From positions 106,852-170,851 of the forward strand of contig CAYXKK010000002.1 of the NCBI GenBank assembly GCA_964465685.1: a stretch of DNA of 64,000 nucleotides, written 5' to 3'. Numbering within the stretch: position 1 is the stretch's first letter; each line of letters starts with the position of its first letter. Made by a program: the position numbers and the translations under genes. The notes below the pieces were generated by a model that saw only the letters and a list, made by a program, of their open reading frames with translations, had not been told where the DNA came from and made no database searches. Below, one piece after another: positions 46,952-56,189 of the stretch. This DNA comes from an uncultured Melioribacter sp. (GTDB lineage: Bacteria > Bacteroidota > Ignavibacteria > Kapaibacteriales > Kapaibacteriaceae).

Positions 46952-47054
46952 GAGGTCTCCACTTCAATTGGTGATAGATTGATGTCTATGGTCCAGTCGT
47001 ACAAACATACGATGACCGACCCATCGGTCGAAATCGTTGCGGTATCTTTGTGCT
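46952..47054. promoter_or_regulatory. divergent intergenic region (PAS-UbiA gene <-> purH) with a small hairpin
   Basis: About 100-bp gap containing the perfect 6-bp hairpin GACCGA-CCCA-TCGGTC (around 47012-47029) just upstream of purH. It shows no ZTP-riboswitch consensus. Confidence 0.3.
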
Positions 47055-48578
47055 ATGAATGCACTCATCTCCGTCTCCGACAAAACTGGTGTTGTTGAAT
47101 TTGCCCAAGAACTGCACGCTCTGGGCATCCGCTGTATCAGCACGGGCGGAACGGCAAAGGCTCTTGCCGAGGCTGGCGTCCCCGTCACGAAGGTCTCCGA
47201 TCTGACGGGATTTCCCGAGATCATGGATGGTCGCGTCAAGACCCTCCACCCGAAGATCCACGGAGGCTTGCTGGCGGCAATGGACAACCCAGAGCATGTC
47301 GCGCAGATGAACGAGCACGGAATCGAGAAGATCGACATTGTAGTCGTGAACCTCTATCCGTTCGAGCAAACAGTCGCTCGTGCAGGCGCGACGCCGGCAG
47401 AGATTATCGAGAACATCGACATTGGCGGACCTGCGATGGTGCGCGCATCGGCGAAGAATCACGCCCACACGACGATCATCGTTAATCCATCGCGTTACGC
47501 TGACGTCCTTGCAGAACTACGCGCCAACGGCACAACAACAATGCCTCTGCGTACAGAGCTTGCCATGGAGGCCTTTGCACACACAGCGCAATACGATGCA
47601 CGTATCACACAGTGGTTCGCCGAGCAAGGGGCACACGGATTCCTCAACGAATCAGCCATCCCTCTTCGTCGCGATCAATCCCTACGCTATGGCGAGAACC
47701 CGCATCAACAGGCGATGCTGTACGGAAGCTTCACATCGATCTTGAACCAGCTCCATGGCAAGGAACTCTCGTACAACAACATCCTCGATATCGATGCGGC
47801 GATGGGATTGTGCATGGAGTTCGACGAGCCTACAGTAGTCATCGTTAAGCACAATAACCCATGTGGCGTAGGATCGGGAGCAACGCTCGTCGAGGCCTAT
47901 GCAAAGGCATTTGCGACTGACACTGTGAGTCCGTTCGGAGGCATCATCGCGATGAACCGCGAAGTCGACATCACAATGGCCAACGAAATTCACTCGCTCT
48001 TCGCGGAAGTCTTGATTGCGCCGTCGTACACAGAAGAAGCACTCGCTCAGCTCACCAAGAAGAAGGACCGTCGCTTGATGACGGTCAACATGCAGGCATT
48101 CCGTACTGCATCACGCGTTAGCGTTCGTTCGGTCGCCGGAGGTTTTCTTGTGCAAGATGGCGACACAAAGCTGTTCAACGAGGCAGACCTTCGTGTTGTC
48201 ACCGCAACGCAACCAACACCAGACCAACACAAGGCAATGCTCTTCGCATGGAAGATTGCAAAGCACGTCAAGAGCAACGCAATCGTGTACGCAGCCGCTG
48301 ATCGCACGCTCGCTATCGGTGCTGGACAAATGTCGCGCATCGACTCCGCACGCATTGCTGTGCGCAAGGCTGCGGATGCAGGCATTGATCTTGCCGGATG
48401 TGCAGTAGCATCTGATGCATTCTTCCCGTTTGCCGACGGACTCCTGCAGGCAGCCGAAGCAGGTGCATCGTGCGTGATCCAACCAGGCGGCTCTGTTCGC
48501 GACGAAGAAGTCATCGCGGCCGCAAATGAAAAGGGACTCGCAATGATCTTCACCGGCACACGCCACTTCCGTCACTGA
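47055..48578 (+). CDS. purH: bifunctional AICAR transformylase / IMP cyclohydrolase
   Basis: ATG at 47055 gives 'MNALISVSDKTGVVEFAQELHALGIRCISTGGTAKAL', the MGS-like IMPCH domain, followed by the AICARFT domain. Confidence 0.95.
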   Translation: MNALISVSDKTGVVEFAQELHALGIRCISTGGTAKALAEAGVPVTKVSDLTGFPEIMDGRVKTLHPKIHGGLLAAMDNPEHVAQMNEHGIEKIDIVVVNLYPFEQTVARAGATPAEIIENIDIGGPAMVRASAKNHAHTTIIVNPSRYADVLAELRANGTTTMPLRTELAMEAFAHTAQYDARITQWFAEQGAHGFLNESAIPLRRDQSLRYGENPHQQAMLYGSFTSILNQLHGKELSYNNILDIDAAMGLCMEFDEPTVVIVKHNNPCGVGSGATLVEAYAKAFATDTVSPFGGIIAMNREVDITMANEIHSLFAEVLIAPSYTEEALAQLTKKKDRRLMTVNMQAFRTASRVSVRSVAGGFLVQDGDTKLFNEADLRVVTATQPTPDQHKAMLFAWKIAKHVKSNAIVYAAADRTLAIGAGQMSRIDSARIAVRKAADAGIDLAGCAVASDAFFPFADGLLQAAEAGASCVIQPGGSVRDEEVIAAANEKGLAMIFTGTRHFRH

Positions 48579-48591
48579 TTGCTACATACGC

Positions 48592-51021
48592 TTACTTCGT
48601 GCGCGACGCTTCGTGTAGTACATCTAGATTATGCTGCACCTTGCCGAAGACTGTGCCATCGGCAAAGTGCCCATCCTTGTGAATCTTGCCAGCGGGCACA
48701 CCCATCATCAGCTCAACAGCTTCTTCTACGCGTTCAATCGCGTAGATGTGAAACTTCTTCGCACGCACAGCATCGATGATTTCATCGCTGAGCATGAGAT
48801 CGTTGACGTTCTGAATCGGAATCACGACTCCTTGCGAGCCGCTAAGCCCCTTGTCCTTGCACACCTCAAAGAAGCCCGTGATCTTCTCGTTCACGCCACC
48901 GATCGCTTGAATGTCGCCCTTCTGGTTGATGCTACCCGTGATACCGAGATCTTGACGGATTGGGATATTCGAAATGGCACTCAGAAGCGCAATCATCTCC
49001 GCCGCAGATGCACTGTCCCCATCTACCCCACCATAGTTCTGCTCGAAGGCGATACTAGCTGTAAACGACATGTGCTGTCGTCGTGAGAACAACGTACGGA
49101 GCAGTCCTGAGAGGATGAGTACGCCCTTTGAGTGGATCGATCCGCTCATCGCAACTTCACGTTCGATGTTGATAATGCCCGCATTCCCAGCACTAACGGT
49201 TGCGGTAATCCGCGCCGGCTTGCCGAAGGAGACAATACCACTGCTGTACACTGTGAGGCCGTTGATCTGTCCTACGCGTGCGCCTTTCGTATCGATGAGC
49301 AACGTACCTTTCTTGATGCTCTCACGAATCGTTTCATCCGCACGACTACTTCGTCGGTGACGCATCGCTACTGCGTGACGCACATGCTCTTGACGCACAA
49401 CGCGCGATCCCTTGATCCGTGCAAAGTGTGACGCCTCGCGCAGAAGGTCCGCTGCATAGGCAAACTGCAGGCTGATCTTCGTGCTGGTGTCGGTAAATGC
49501 AACGGCCCATTCAATGATGGCTGCCGCTCCGCCGCGATCGCAGTGAAGGAGTGATTCCTCCGTTGCAATCTGCGAGATAAAGCCACAGTAATGGCGAATC
49601 ATTTCACGTGTGCGTGGTGCTTCGTCATCAAACTCTGCATGAACCTTGAACATCTTATGGAAGTCTTCGTCAGCCGCCCAGAGCGCGAGGTAAACAGCCG
49701 GATCACCGAGTAGGATGACCTTCACGTCAAGTCGAATGTAATCTGGCTTGATCGTGTTCAATTGAAACTGCATATCCAGTGGCTGAATGTCGAGACGTCC
49801 ATACAGGATGACCTTCTTGAGAGCGGCCCAAACGTTAGCATCTGCAAGGACATCCATCGCATTGAGGATGATGTAACCACCATCAGCACGAAGCAGGGAG
49901 CCTGCACGGATGTGGGATACGTCGCTTACGGTAAAGCCACGCGCATCAACACGACGTTCGATTGTACCGAAGAGCGACTGATACGTCGGCGACGTCTCAA
50001 CGATAATCGGTGCGATCTTCGTGTCGTAATTGTCGAGAATCAGATTCACTACTGACATTCGCTCGAGCTGACGTCCAAGTTCTTCCGTTGCTTCGTCGAC
50101 CATGCTATTGAGTTTGGCTGCATACACACGCACGAACTCCTCAATGTGATCGAGGATAAACCTTGTCAACCCAGAGATAAACTCCGTAACGCGATCTCGA
50201 GGAAAACTTGTACGGATATCTTCAAAGATGCCGTTGAGCAGAATACCAACCGCCGCTTGATCATGCTTTGCAAGTTCTTTGCGGAAATCAACCATCACTC
50301 GCATCGACCGACGTCCGATTTCGTTGAGTTCCTCGCGATACCGCTCATACGCAGTTTGAAGAGCGGTTGCCTGTTCGACTGTCAACTTCTTTGCTTCGAC
50401 TAGGTCGTCGAGTTCATCGATTGCAACTGGCTTCCCGTCAATCACTGGGAACACCTCCGTCTGCGTTGCACCCCCCTCTTCCTGTAGCGTACCGACAACG
50501 AACCCGGAGGGTCGGATCTTTGCATCGAACTCACCAACGAGTTTGTGCTCACGCTGCTGGAATCGTTGAATGATGCCCTTTCGTTCAGTTTGAAACTGTT
50601 CATCCTCAAAGAGCAGCGGTATTCGACGACGCACGACGGTCATTGCCTCGTCCATCATGCGGGCGAACACACGCCCCTCACCCGCAGCGAAGCGTAACAG
50701 TACCGGCTGATCCGGCGTACGGAAGTTGTTCACGTACGCGAAGTCATACAGGTGCGCACGCTCATCTTTTCGATCATCGAGAATCTGCCTAATCGTTGTC
50801 ATTCGCCCTGTGCCAACTACACCGGATGCCCAGATGTTGTATCCCTGACTCCGGATACCAGCTCCAAGCTCTATTGCCTCGATGGCGCGATCTTGTCCGA
50901 CGATGCGCTTGAGTGGCTTCACCTGCTTGGTTGTTGTTGTAAACGGCAGCTGCGCGTGGGGACACGTCCAGCGAAGTTGCGCTGGTGTGAGCGTTTGAAA
51001 CGACTTACCCTTCTTCGTCAT
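48592..51021 (-). CDS. Lon-like protease, LonC-type (AAA-like module with degenerate Walker motifs plus Lon_C serine protease domain)
   Basis: 809 aa with no Lon N-domain. The Walker A position reads 'ASGVVGTGRMT' (Lys replaced by Arg) and the Walker B region 'GGYIILNAMD' lacks DE. The C-terminal Lon protease domain carries the Ser site 'GVDGDSASAAEMIALLSAI' and a downstream Lys ('INQKGDIQAIGGVNEKI'). Confidence 0.75.
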   Translation of the reverse strand: MTKKGKSFQTLTPAQLRWTCPHAQLPFTTTTKQVKPLKRIVGQDRAIEAIELGAGIRSQGYNIWASGVVGTGRMTTIRQILDDRKDERAHLYDFAYVNNFRTPDQPVLLRFAAGEGRVFARMMDEAMTVVRRRIPLLFEDEQFQTERKGIIQRFQQREHKLVGEFDAKIRPSGFVVGTLQEEGGATQTEVFPVIDGKPVAIDELDDLVEAKKLTVEQATALQTAYERYREELNEIGRRSMRVMVDFRKELAKHDQAAVGILLNGIFEDIRTSFPRDRVTEFISGLTRFILDHIEEFVRVYAAKLNSMVDEATEELGRQLERMSVVNLILDNYDTKIAPIIVETSPTYQSLFGTIERRVDARGFTVSDVSHIRAGSLLRADGGYIILNAMDVLADANVWAALKKVILYGRLDIQPLDMQFQLNTIKPDYIRLDVKVILLGDPAVYLALWAADEDFHKMFKVHAEFDDEAPRTREMIRHYCGFISQIATEESLLHCDRGGAAAIIEWAVAFTDTSTKISLQFAYAADLLREASHFARIKGSRVVRQEHVRHAVAMRHRRSSRADETIRESIKKGTLLIDTKGARVGQINGLTVYSSGIVSFGKPARITATVSAGNAGIINIEREVAMSGSIHSKGVLILSGLLRTLFSRRQHMSFTASIAFEQNYGGVDGDSASAAEMIALLSAISNIPIRQDLGITGSINQKGDIQAIGGVNEKITGFFEVCKDKGLSGSQGVVIPIQNVNDLMLSDEIIDAVRAKKFHIYAIERVEEAVELMMGVPAGKIHKDGHFADGTVFGKVQHNLDVLHEASRTK

Positions 51022-54000
51022 GGCATTCTTCCTCGACTGTGGTGGCGACCAATATTCCCCAATGATCCTTCCGACAGACGTGTGTTACACGACATGTATC
51101 ACACGCGGCTTTGAGTGGACGTACAGGGTACATTCCCGATTGTAGTTGCTCAACTCCAGGTTGCAGCAACTGCAGAATTGAATCAAGTGTTTCCAACAAT
51201 GGCGTATGCACAGCCTTTGCACGCTTGCTCACAAGCTGCACCATGGGCGACCCCATATCGGCGAGCACCACTCGACGTTCGAGTTTATCAGGTGCTTGCA
51301 GTGCTGTTCCAAAGGCACGATACACGGCAGCTTCCGGTGCTACATCTATTCCGTGATGTGCGAACCACGTACGCACTGCAGCGAGGTACATGGGCATCTG
51401 CGAGGCAAGACCGCGATGAACATTCGTCGTCGAAAACGACCCTGACAGCGAGCTCTTGTAGTCTACGACTGCGACATGGAGAGCCCCTTGCACCTCGCGG
51501 ATGTCGATGCGATCAATTCGTGTCTTCACTGGGACACGCACGGTGCGGTCATCGACTGGGAGTTCTATCTCGATCTCGATCTCCTGCTCAAACAACACGG
51601 GCATAAACCCAGACGTCTGTTGATCGTCGCGTTCAAGAGCTAGCCATCGCTTCAGCAAGCCAGGCGTGGCATCGTCCCCTATCAGTGCTCGACGTTCCAC
51701 AGGTGCAAATGCATGCACATGCGATTGCTCTTCGAGCACCTCATCAACAACCTTTCTGAGCAGATGCCATTGTTCGTCAAAAGGAGTGCTGAGGAGGTTA
51801 ATCGCTGCCGATCTCAGTCCCGACTGTGTGAGTTCGACATCTGCCACAGTGCGAAGTCGACGGTACCAACGGTCAACAATGTCGTGCAGTAGATTTCCGC
51901 GTTCAAGGGGCGAGAGTCGCACGTCATCAATGTCGAGATCGTCCAGTCGCAATAGCGATTGAGCGAAGAATCTGTACGGACATTGAATCACAACATCAAG
52001 TCGTGACGGACTAATGGGGCGTGCAAGATCATCTTGGAGCACTCGCTGAGCTTCCTCATGAAGAAGAATACGCACATCACCATCTTGTGAGGTGCGCATC
52101 ACAGGTGCATGTGCAGGATTTACCCTTAGATCACGTGGATGCACAATACATGTCACATCGGGATCAGCACTCCTCCATCGCGACGAACCAACGCGAAGCG
52201 TACCCAGTGCATCCAGTGGCGTTGATGGCAGCACTGGCGAACCATCGAGTGTTGTCGGATACGTACACACCAACGTACCACCGGGCGCAACGGCGAAGGC
52301 AATATCTGCAAGTGATTCCCATGTGAGATGACGCTGCACATCGGGCACGACGTCTTCATCGAGTTGATTTACCGTCGTGCGGGGATACTCGCCTTCAATA
52401 CAACCAACAGCAACCACAAGCTCATATGCCATGCCGCGCAACTCTGCTGGACGCACAATGCGCACGCCCATGCGAGCGCGCTCCGTACTCGCTACTTCCG
52501 TAGCACGAATGATTGTCCACCACCGGTGCAAATGCGTCGCAAATGAACACGCCGGCAGTTCGTGATCACGGTGCACCGCCATGTAGGCAGAGCACGCATC
52601 GCGTATCGCTGCGAACGCCCACGGTTCGTGCTCTGCGCTCCGTTGCTCAAGATCAATCCCTACCGCAATCCGCGTCAGAAGAATCGAAACGAACCGATCA
52701 ACATCCATCATGCCATGAGTCGGTGCATCGAGCATTACGCGCAGATCTCGTAGAGTGCGCAGTGCATATGCATACCGCCCTGCATTACGTTTCGCATGAT
52801 CGTTGTCGTCGCCTTCCCGTTCTGCGAGCGCACGCATATCGCTGTGTCGTTGTTCGATGCGAGCAACCCACTCATCAACGCCACCGCCGCCGACAATCCG
52901 TTCCTCGCGTGCAATCACAAGCAAGGCAGGTCCGTTGCGCACAAGGTCGCGCACGAGCGGCTCTCGCACAACACGCTCGACATCCTCCCGCAACCAGCCA
53001 CCTGTCAGCACACGACAACAAGCATGCAACAGCGATGCAGTATGTGTGAGTGCAAGCGACTGTGTAGATCCGGTGTGTACTGGCACACCCGACTCTGCAC
53101 AGGCTTGACGAAGGCGATCGACATAGCGTTGATCGCCGGGGACTGTGATTGCCATCGACGTGCACGCAACCCCCTTCGATGCGGCTTCCTTGCATAGCGC
53201 AACAGCACGTCGTACTTCATCAGCACGTGTCGTGCACGGCACGATGCAGCGCTCACTCTCAGGCAGCGCAACAGCACGATGTGCTCCGATATGCCATCCC
53301 TGGGCGACGAACCACTGCATGTCGCGTTCGGTGCGCGATACACGTTCGTCATCAAGCGACGGTACCTCGGGCGCGAACTGTACTGCGATGTCCCATCCCG
53401 ACGTTGCAAGTGACTGCAGCAATTCCGCATCAACTCCAGTCACACCATGTGTATCAATCACAAGGCAGTGCGATATCGCATCACCCGACGGTGCGCGTAG
53501 AGCGTTGCAATTCGAGACTCGGACGCCATCGACGATGCGACGACTATACGTGCCGCGATCTGCAGCGCGCGAACCGAGCAGATCTTCATACGATTCCCAA
53601 ATCCGTGCGGCTGTTGCAAGCTGTCGAGCCCCTCGATTGGATGGATGACGTGCAGCCGCATCACGCAGCCATGCTGGCGAGCGAAGTTCCTGCGCCCAGC
53701 GCACGATGCGTGATGCGCGCAGGCGAACCGATCCGCGTGGCAGATCGCACACATCCATTGCGTGCTGCAGGAGCACTTCGACGGAACTGTCAGGAAGAAT
53801 CCGCGGCACAATCTCCAGCACCTGCGGAGCAAGTGCACGATACAAACCGGCCATTGTCATGATTGTCGGCGGTTCTCCACGTCCGTGCGCGCGCGCCCAC
53901 TGAATCAGTACGTCCTCGCGCTGACGCGACGTCGGCACGATGATGAGCGTTGGGATACTGGGCAGAGCTGCGATACGAACGTCACGCGATTGTGCCGCAC

Positions 54001-54049
54001 ACACATCGTGGAAGACTGTTTCGGGTGTCGAAGAAATCCATGATGTCAT
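51005..54049 (-). CDS. AddB-like PD-(D/E)XK nuclease family protein with C-terminal Fe-S cysteine cluster, orphan
   Basis: About 1015 aa. The N-terminal degenerate helicase-like region 'LIIVPTSRQRED' lacks a GKT P-loop. The C-terminal nuclease domain carries the AddB-type 'CDTCRVTHVC' (CxxCx5C) cluster. No adjacent addA. Confidence 0.65.
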   Translation of the reverse strand: MTSWISSTPETVFHDVCAAQSRDVRIAALPSIPTLIIVPTSRQREDVLIQWARAHGRGEPPTIMTMAGLYRALAPQVLEIVPRILPDSSVEVLLQHAMDVCDLPRGSVRLRASRIVRWAQELRSPAWLRDAAARHPSNRGARQLATAARIWESYEDLLGSRAADRGTYSRRIVDGVRVSNCNALRAPSGDAISHCLVIDTHGVTGVDAELLQSLATSGWDIAVQFAPEVPSLDDERVSRTERDMQWFVAQGWHIGAHRAVALPESERCIVPCTTRADEVRRAVALCKEAASKGVACTSMAITVPGDQRYVDRLRQACAESGVPVHTGSTQSLALTHTASLLHACCRVLTGGWLREDVERVVREPLVRDLVRNGPALLVIAREERIVGGGGVDEWVARIEQRHSDMRALAEREGDDNDHAKRNAGRYAYALRTLRDLRVMLDAPTHGMMDVDRFVSILLTRIAVGIDLEQRSAEHEPWAFAAIRDACSAYMAVHRDHELPACSFATHLHRWWTIIRATEVASTERARMGVRIVRPAELRGMAYELVVAVGCIEGEYPRTTVNQLDEDVVPDVQRHLTWESLADIAFAVAPGGTLVCTYPTTLDGSPVLPSTPLDALGTLRVGSSRWRSADPDVTCIVHPRDLRVNPAHAPVMRTSQDGDVRILLHEEAQRVLQDDLARPISPSRLDVVIQCPYRFFAQSLLRLDDLDIDDVRLSPLERGNLLHDIVDRWYRRLRTVADVELTQSGLRSAAINLLSTPFDEQWHLLRKVVDEVLEEQSHVHAFAPVERRALIGDDATPGLLKRWLALERDDQQTSGFMPVLFEQEIEIEIELPVDDRTVRVPVKTRIDRIDIREVQGALHVAVVDYKSSLSGSFSTTNVHRGLASQMPMYLAAVRTWFAHHGIDVAPEAAVYRAFGTALQAPDKLERRVVLADMGSPMVQLVSKRAKAVHTPLLETLDSILQLLQPGVEQLQSGMYPVRPLKAACDTCRVTHVCRKDHWGILVATTVEEECHDEEG

Positions 54050-54145
54050 AGGTAAGGGGCCAATCAAGCGGACGTATCTTTGCTGGGCATCACGACAATG
54101 GGACTCAATATGATTGCATGTCGGCATTCAACCAAATGTTGGCTC

Positions 54146-54778
54146 ATGATTTCTACGATAACTCTGTCGTGGATTCTCATCGGCTGCGGAGCCACACAGC
54201 CCGTCCGTGTTCTTCCTGCACACACAACAGCCATTACAGCATCCCTGGGCGGTCCGGTTGTGCCCGGCAAGTCACCGACCGTGATCACGCCGTATCTGAC
54301 AGGAGGCGTGCTCCATGGCATCTCCGATGGTGTGACGCTGCACGGCAATCTCCACCTCCTAATGGCGGCATTCGCTGTAGCAGGCGTCGATGTTGGTGCA
54401 AGCACACGCGTGGTGCGCGGTGATGGATGGACGCCGGAGATTACCGGAAGCGTGCGAGCATATGGATTTGTACAACTCTCCGACCAACCCAAGCCGCGCA
54501 TCTATCCATCGCTTTCAGCAAATGCCTCGTGGTCTGTTCGTGAGCGCGACCTCGTGTATGTTGGCACACATGCGACTGCGCAATGGACACCGAGCTCCGT
54601 GTTTGTGAGTCCGTTTGTAGGATACAGCTTCGCAGCATCAGACATGATCTCACTGCAACTCGAATGCATCTGGCAAGCAGCGAATCACGATACACACAGC
54701 GGCATACTCGAGGGCATCTCGTCAATCAGTGGACAAGGATCATTCGGAATTTTTCTTGCAGGAGCACTCCGTCTATGA
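54146..54778 (+). CDS. hypothetical lipoprotein
   Basis: Internal ATG with classical lipobox 'LSWILIGCGATQP' and no recognisable domain. Its stop overlaps the next gene's ATG. Confidence 0.5.
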   Translation: MISTITLSWILIGCGATQPVRVLPAHTTAITASLGGPVVPGKSPTVITPYLTGGVLHGISDGVTLHGNLHLLMAAFAVAGVDVGASTRVVRGDGWTPEITGSVRAYGFVQLSDQPKPRIYPSLSANASWSVRERDLVYVGTHATAQWTPSSVFVSPFVGYSFAASDMISLQLECIWQAANHDTHSGILEGISSISGQGSFGIFLAGALRL

Positions 54779-55599
54779 ACCATGTTCTCTTTGCGCTCAT
54801 CATGGGCATCACATTGACGTCGTGCACCATGGACGGCTTTCTGTTCAATTCACGTGTGCTCGAAGAGTACACGCTTGCCGATTCAGTGATCGCCCCCTCA
54901 CAGCGCGAAGTGTTCACGCTTACTTCCGGCGATGCAACGATCTACGGATACTTCATCAAGCAACCCGACTCCTTGCGTGTCGAACCTCACCCAACCATTG
55001 TGTATCACCATGGCAACTACGGACACATGCAGTACTACTGGGACCGCGTTGAGTTGCTCTACAAGACTGGCGCAGATGTATTGGTGTACGACTACCGCGG
55101 GTTCGGCAAAAGTACCGGCACGAGCTCCGAAGCTTCTATGATCGAGGACGTCACAGCGGTGCTTGCATACCTGCGTGGACGTAGCGATGTCGACACAACA
55201 CAGATTTACCATTACGGCTTCTCGCTGGGCGGCTTTCCCGCACTGTATGCTGCAGCGCGCTTACACAGTGCACGCGGCGTGATCACGGAGTCGATATTCG
55301 CCTCAGGTGAAGCACTCATCCAAACTGGGACGCTACTCAACATTCCGGGTTCGTATCTATTGAAGGGCGAGTACAACAACGTGCTTTATGCACAGCAGCG
55401 TATATGTCCACTCCTGATGCTGCATGGCGGTGGCGACACGTTTATCCCATTCGACGTACATGCGCAACGCATCTACGACGTGGCACGCCAGCCAAAGACA
55501 CTCATTAAGGTCGACGGAGCGGAACACGAAGGAGTGCCGCAGACGTTTGGCTATGACATTTACATCAGTCGCATTCGTGCGTTTATCCGCGGAAACTAA
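54778..55599 (+). CDS. alpha/beta hydrolase lipoprotein
   Basis: Internal ATG (MNHVLFALIMGITLTSC) in ORF 54583..55599. It has the nucleophile elbow 'YHYGFSLGG' (GxSxG), 'LVYDYRGFGKS' and the C-terminal catalytic His region 'GAEHEG'. Confidence 0.75.
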   Translation, partial: NHVLFALIMGITLTSCTMDGFLFNSRVLEEYTLADSVIAPSQREVFTLTSGDATIYGYFIKQPDSLRVEPHPTIVYHHGNYGHMQYYWDRVELLYKTGADVLVYDYRGFGKSTGTSSEASMIEDVTAVLAYLRGRSDVDTTQIYHYGFSLGGFPALYAAARLHSARGVITESIFASGEALIQTGTLLNIPGSYLLKGEYNNVLYAQQRICPLLMLHGGGDTFIPFDVHAQRIYDVARQPKTLIKVDGAEHEGVPQTFGYDIYISRIRAFIRGN

Positions 55600-55601
55600 C
55601 C

Positions 55602-56189
55602 ATGTTCACAGGGCTCGTCGAAGAGACAGGTACGATTACTTCTTGCACGCCGCACGATGGCAAGCTTCGTCTGCGCATCACAGCCGAGCGCATCATGGAT
55701 GATCTCGCGATCGATCACAGCGTCGCCGTGCAAGGTGTTTGCCTCACAGTTGTCGAACACGATGCAACAAGTTTCGCTGTTGACGTCATCACGGAAACGC
55801 TCACAAAGACAAGCATCGGGACACTGCGTGAAGGATCACACGTCAACCTCGAGCGCGCCGTACGTATGGCAGATCGCTTAGGCGGACACCTCGTGCAGGG
55901 ACATGTCGACACGACGGGAACCGTACACGAGATCATCACGAGCGACGGACGTTGGGAGATCTGGATCGCATTCCCTGCATCCTATCGCAAGTGGCTTATC
56001 CCTGTAGGCTCAGTGTGCATCAACGGCGTATCACTCACTGTTGCCGACCTCACAGACACGTTGCTGAAGGTTGCCATCATCCCGCACACGCTCGCCGTAA
56101 CCACGTTGCGTGATCTCGCCGTGGGTGACCCAGTAAATCTCGAGTTCGATATGCTTGCAAAGTATATCGAGCAGCTGATGCCGCGTTAA
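55602..56189 (+). CDS. ribE: riboflavin synthase (alpha subunit)
   Basis: 195 aa; 'MFTGLVEETGTI' and two lumazine-binding repeats ('GVCLTVVE' and 'GVSLTVAD'). Confidence 0.9.
   Translation: MFTGLVEETGTITSCTPHDGKLRLRITAERIMDDLAIDHSVAVQGVCLTVVEHDATSFAVDVITETLTKTSIGTLREGSHVNLERAVRMADRLGGHLVQGHVDTTGTVHEIITSDGRWEIWIAFPASYRKWLIPVGSVCINGVSLTVADLTDTLLKVAIIPHTLAVTTLRDLAVGDPVNLEFDMLAKYIEQLMPR

Noticed and set aside
46952-47054. Possible ZTP (pfl) riboswitch upstream of purH
   Set aside because: purH is a classical ZTP-riboswitch target and a small hairpin is present, but the conserved GGGUCGUGAC...CCGGGCGGA...CCGACCGCCUGGGC elements are absent and the leader is only about 100 nt.
51541-51600. Short tandem 'ctcgatctcgatctc' repeat
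   Set aside because: It lies within the AddB-like coding sequence and simply encodes an EIEIEIE acidic stretch. It is not a regulatory or CRISPR-like repeat.
52796-53862. Plus-strand ORFs of 133-237 aa inside the AddB-like gene
   Set aside because: They are antisense to the 1015-aa continuous nuclease ORF and have no motifs.
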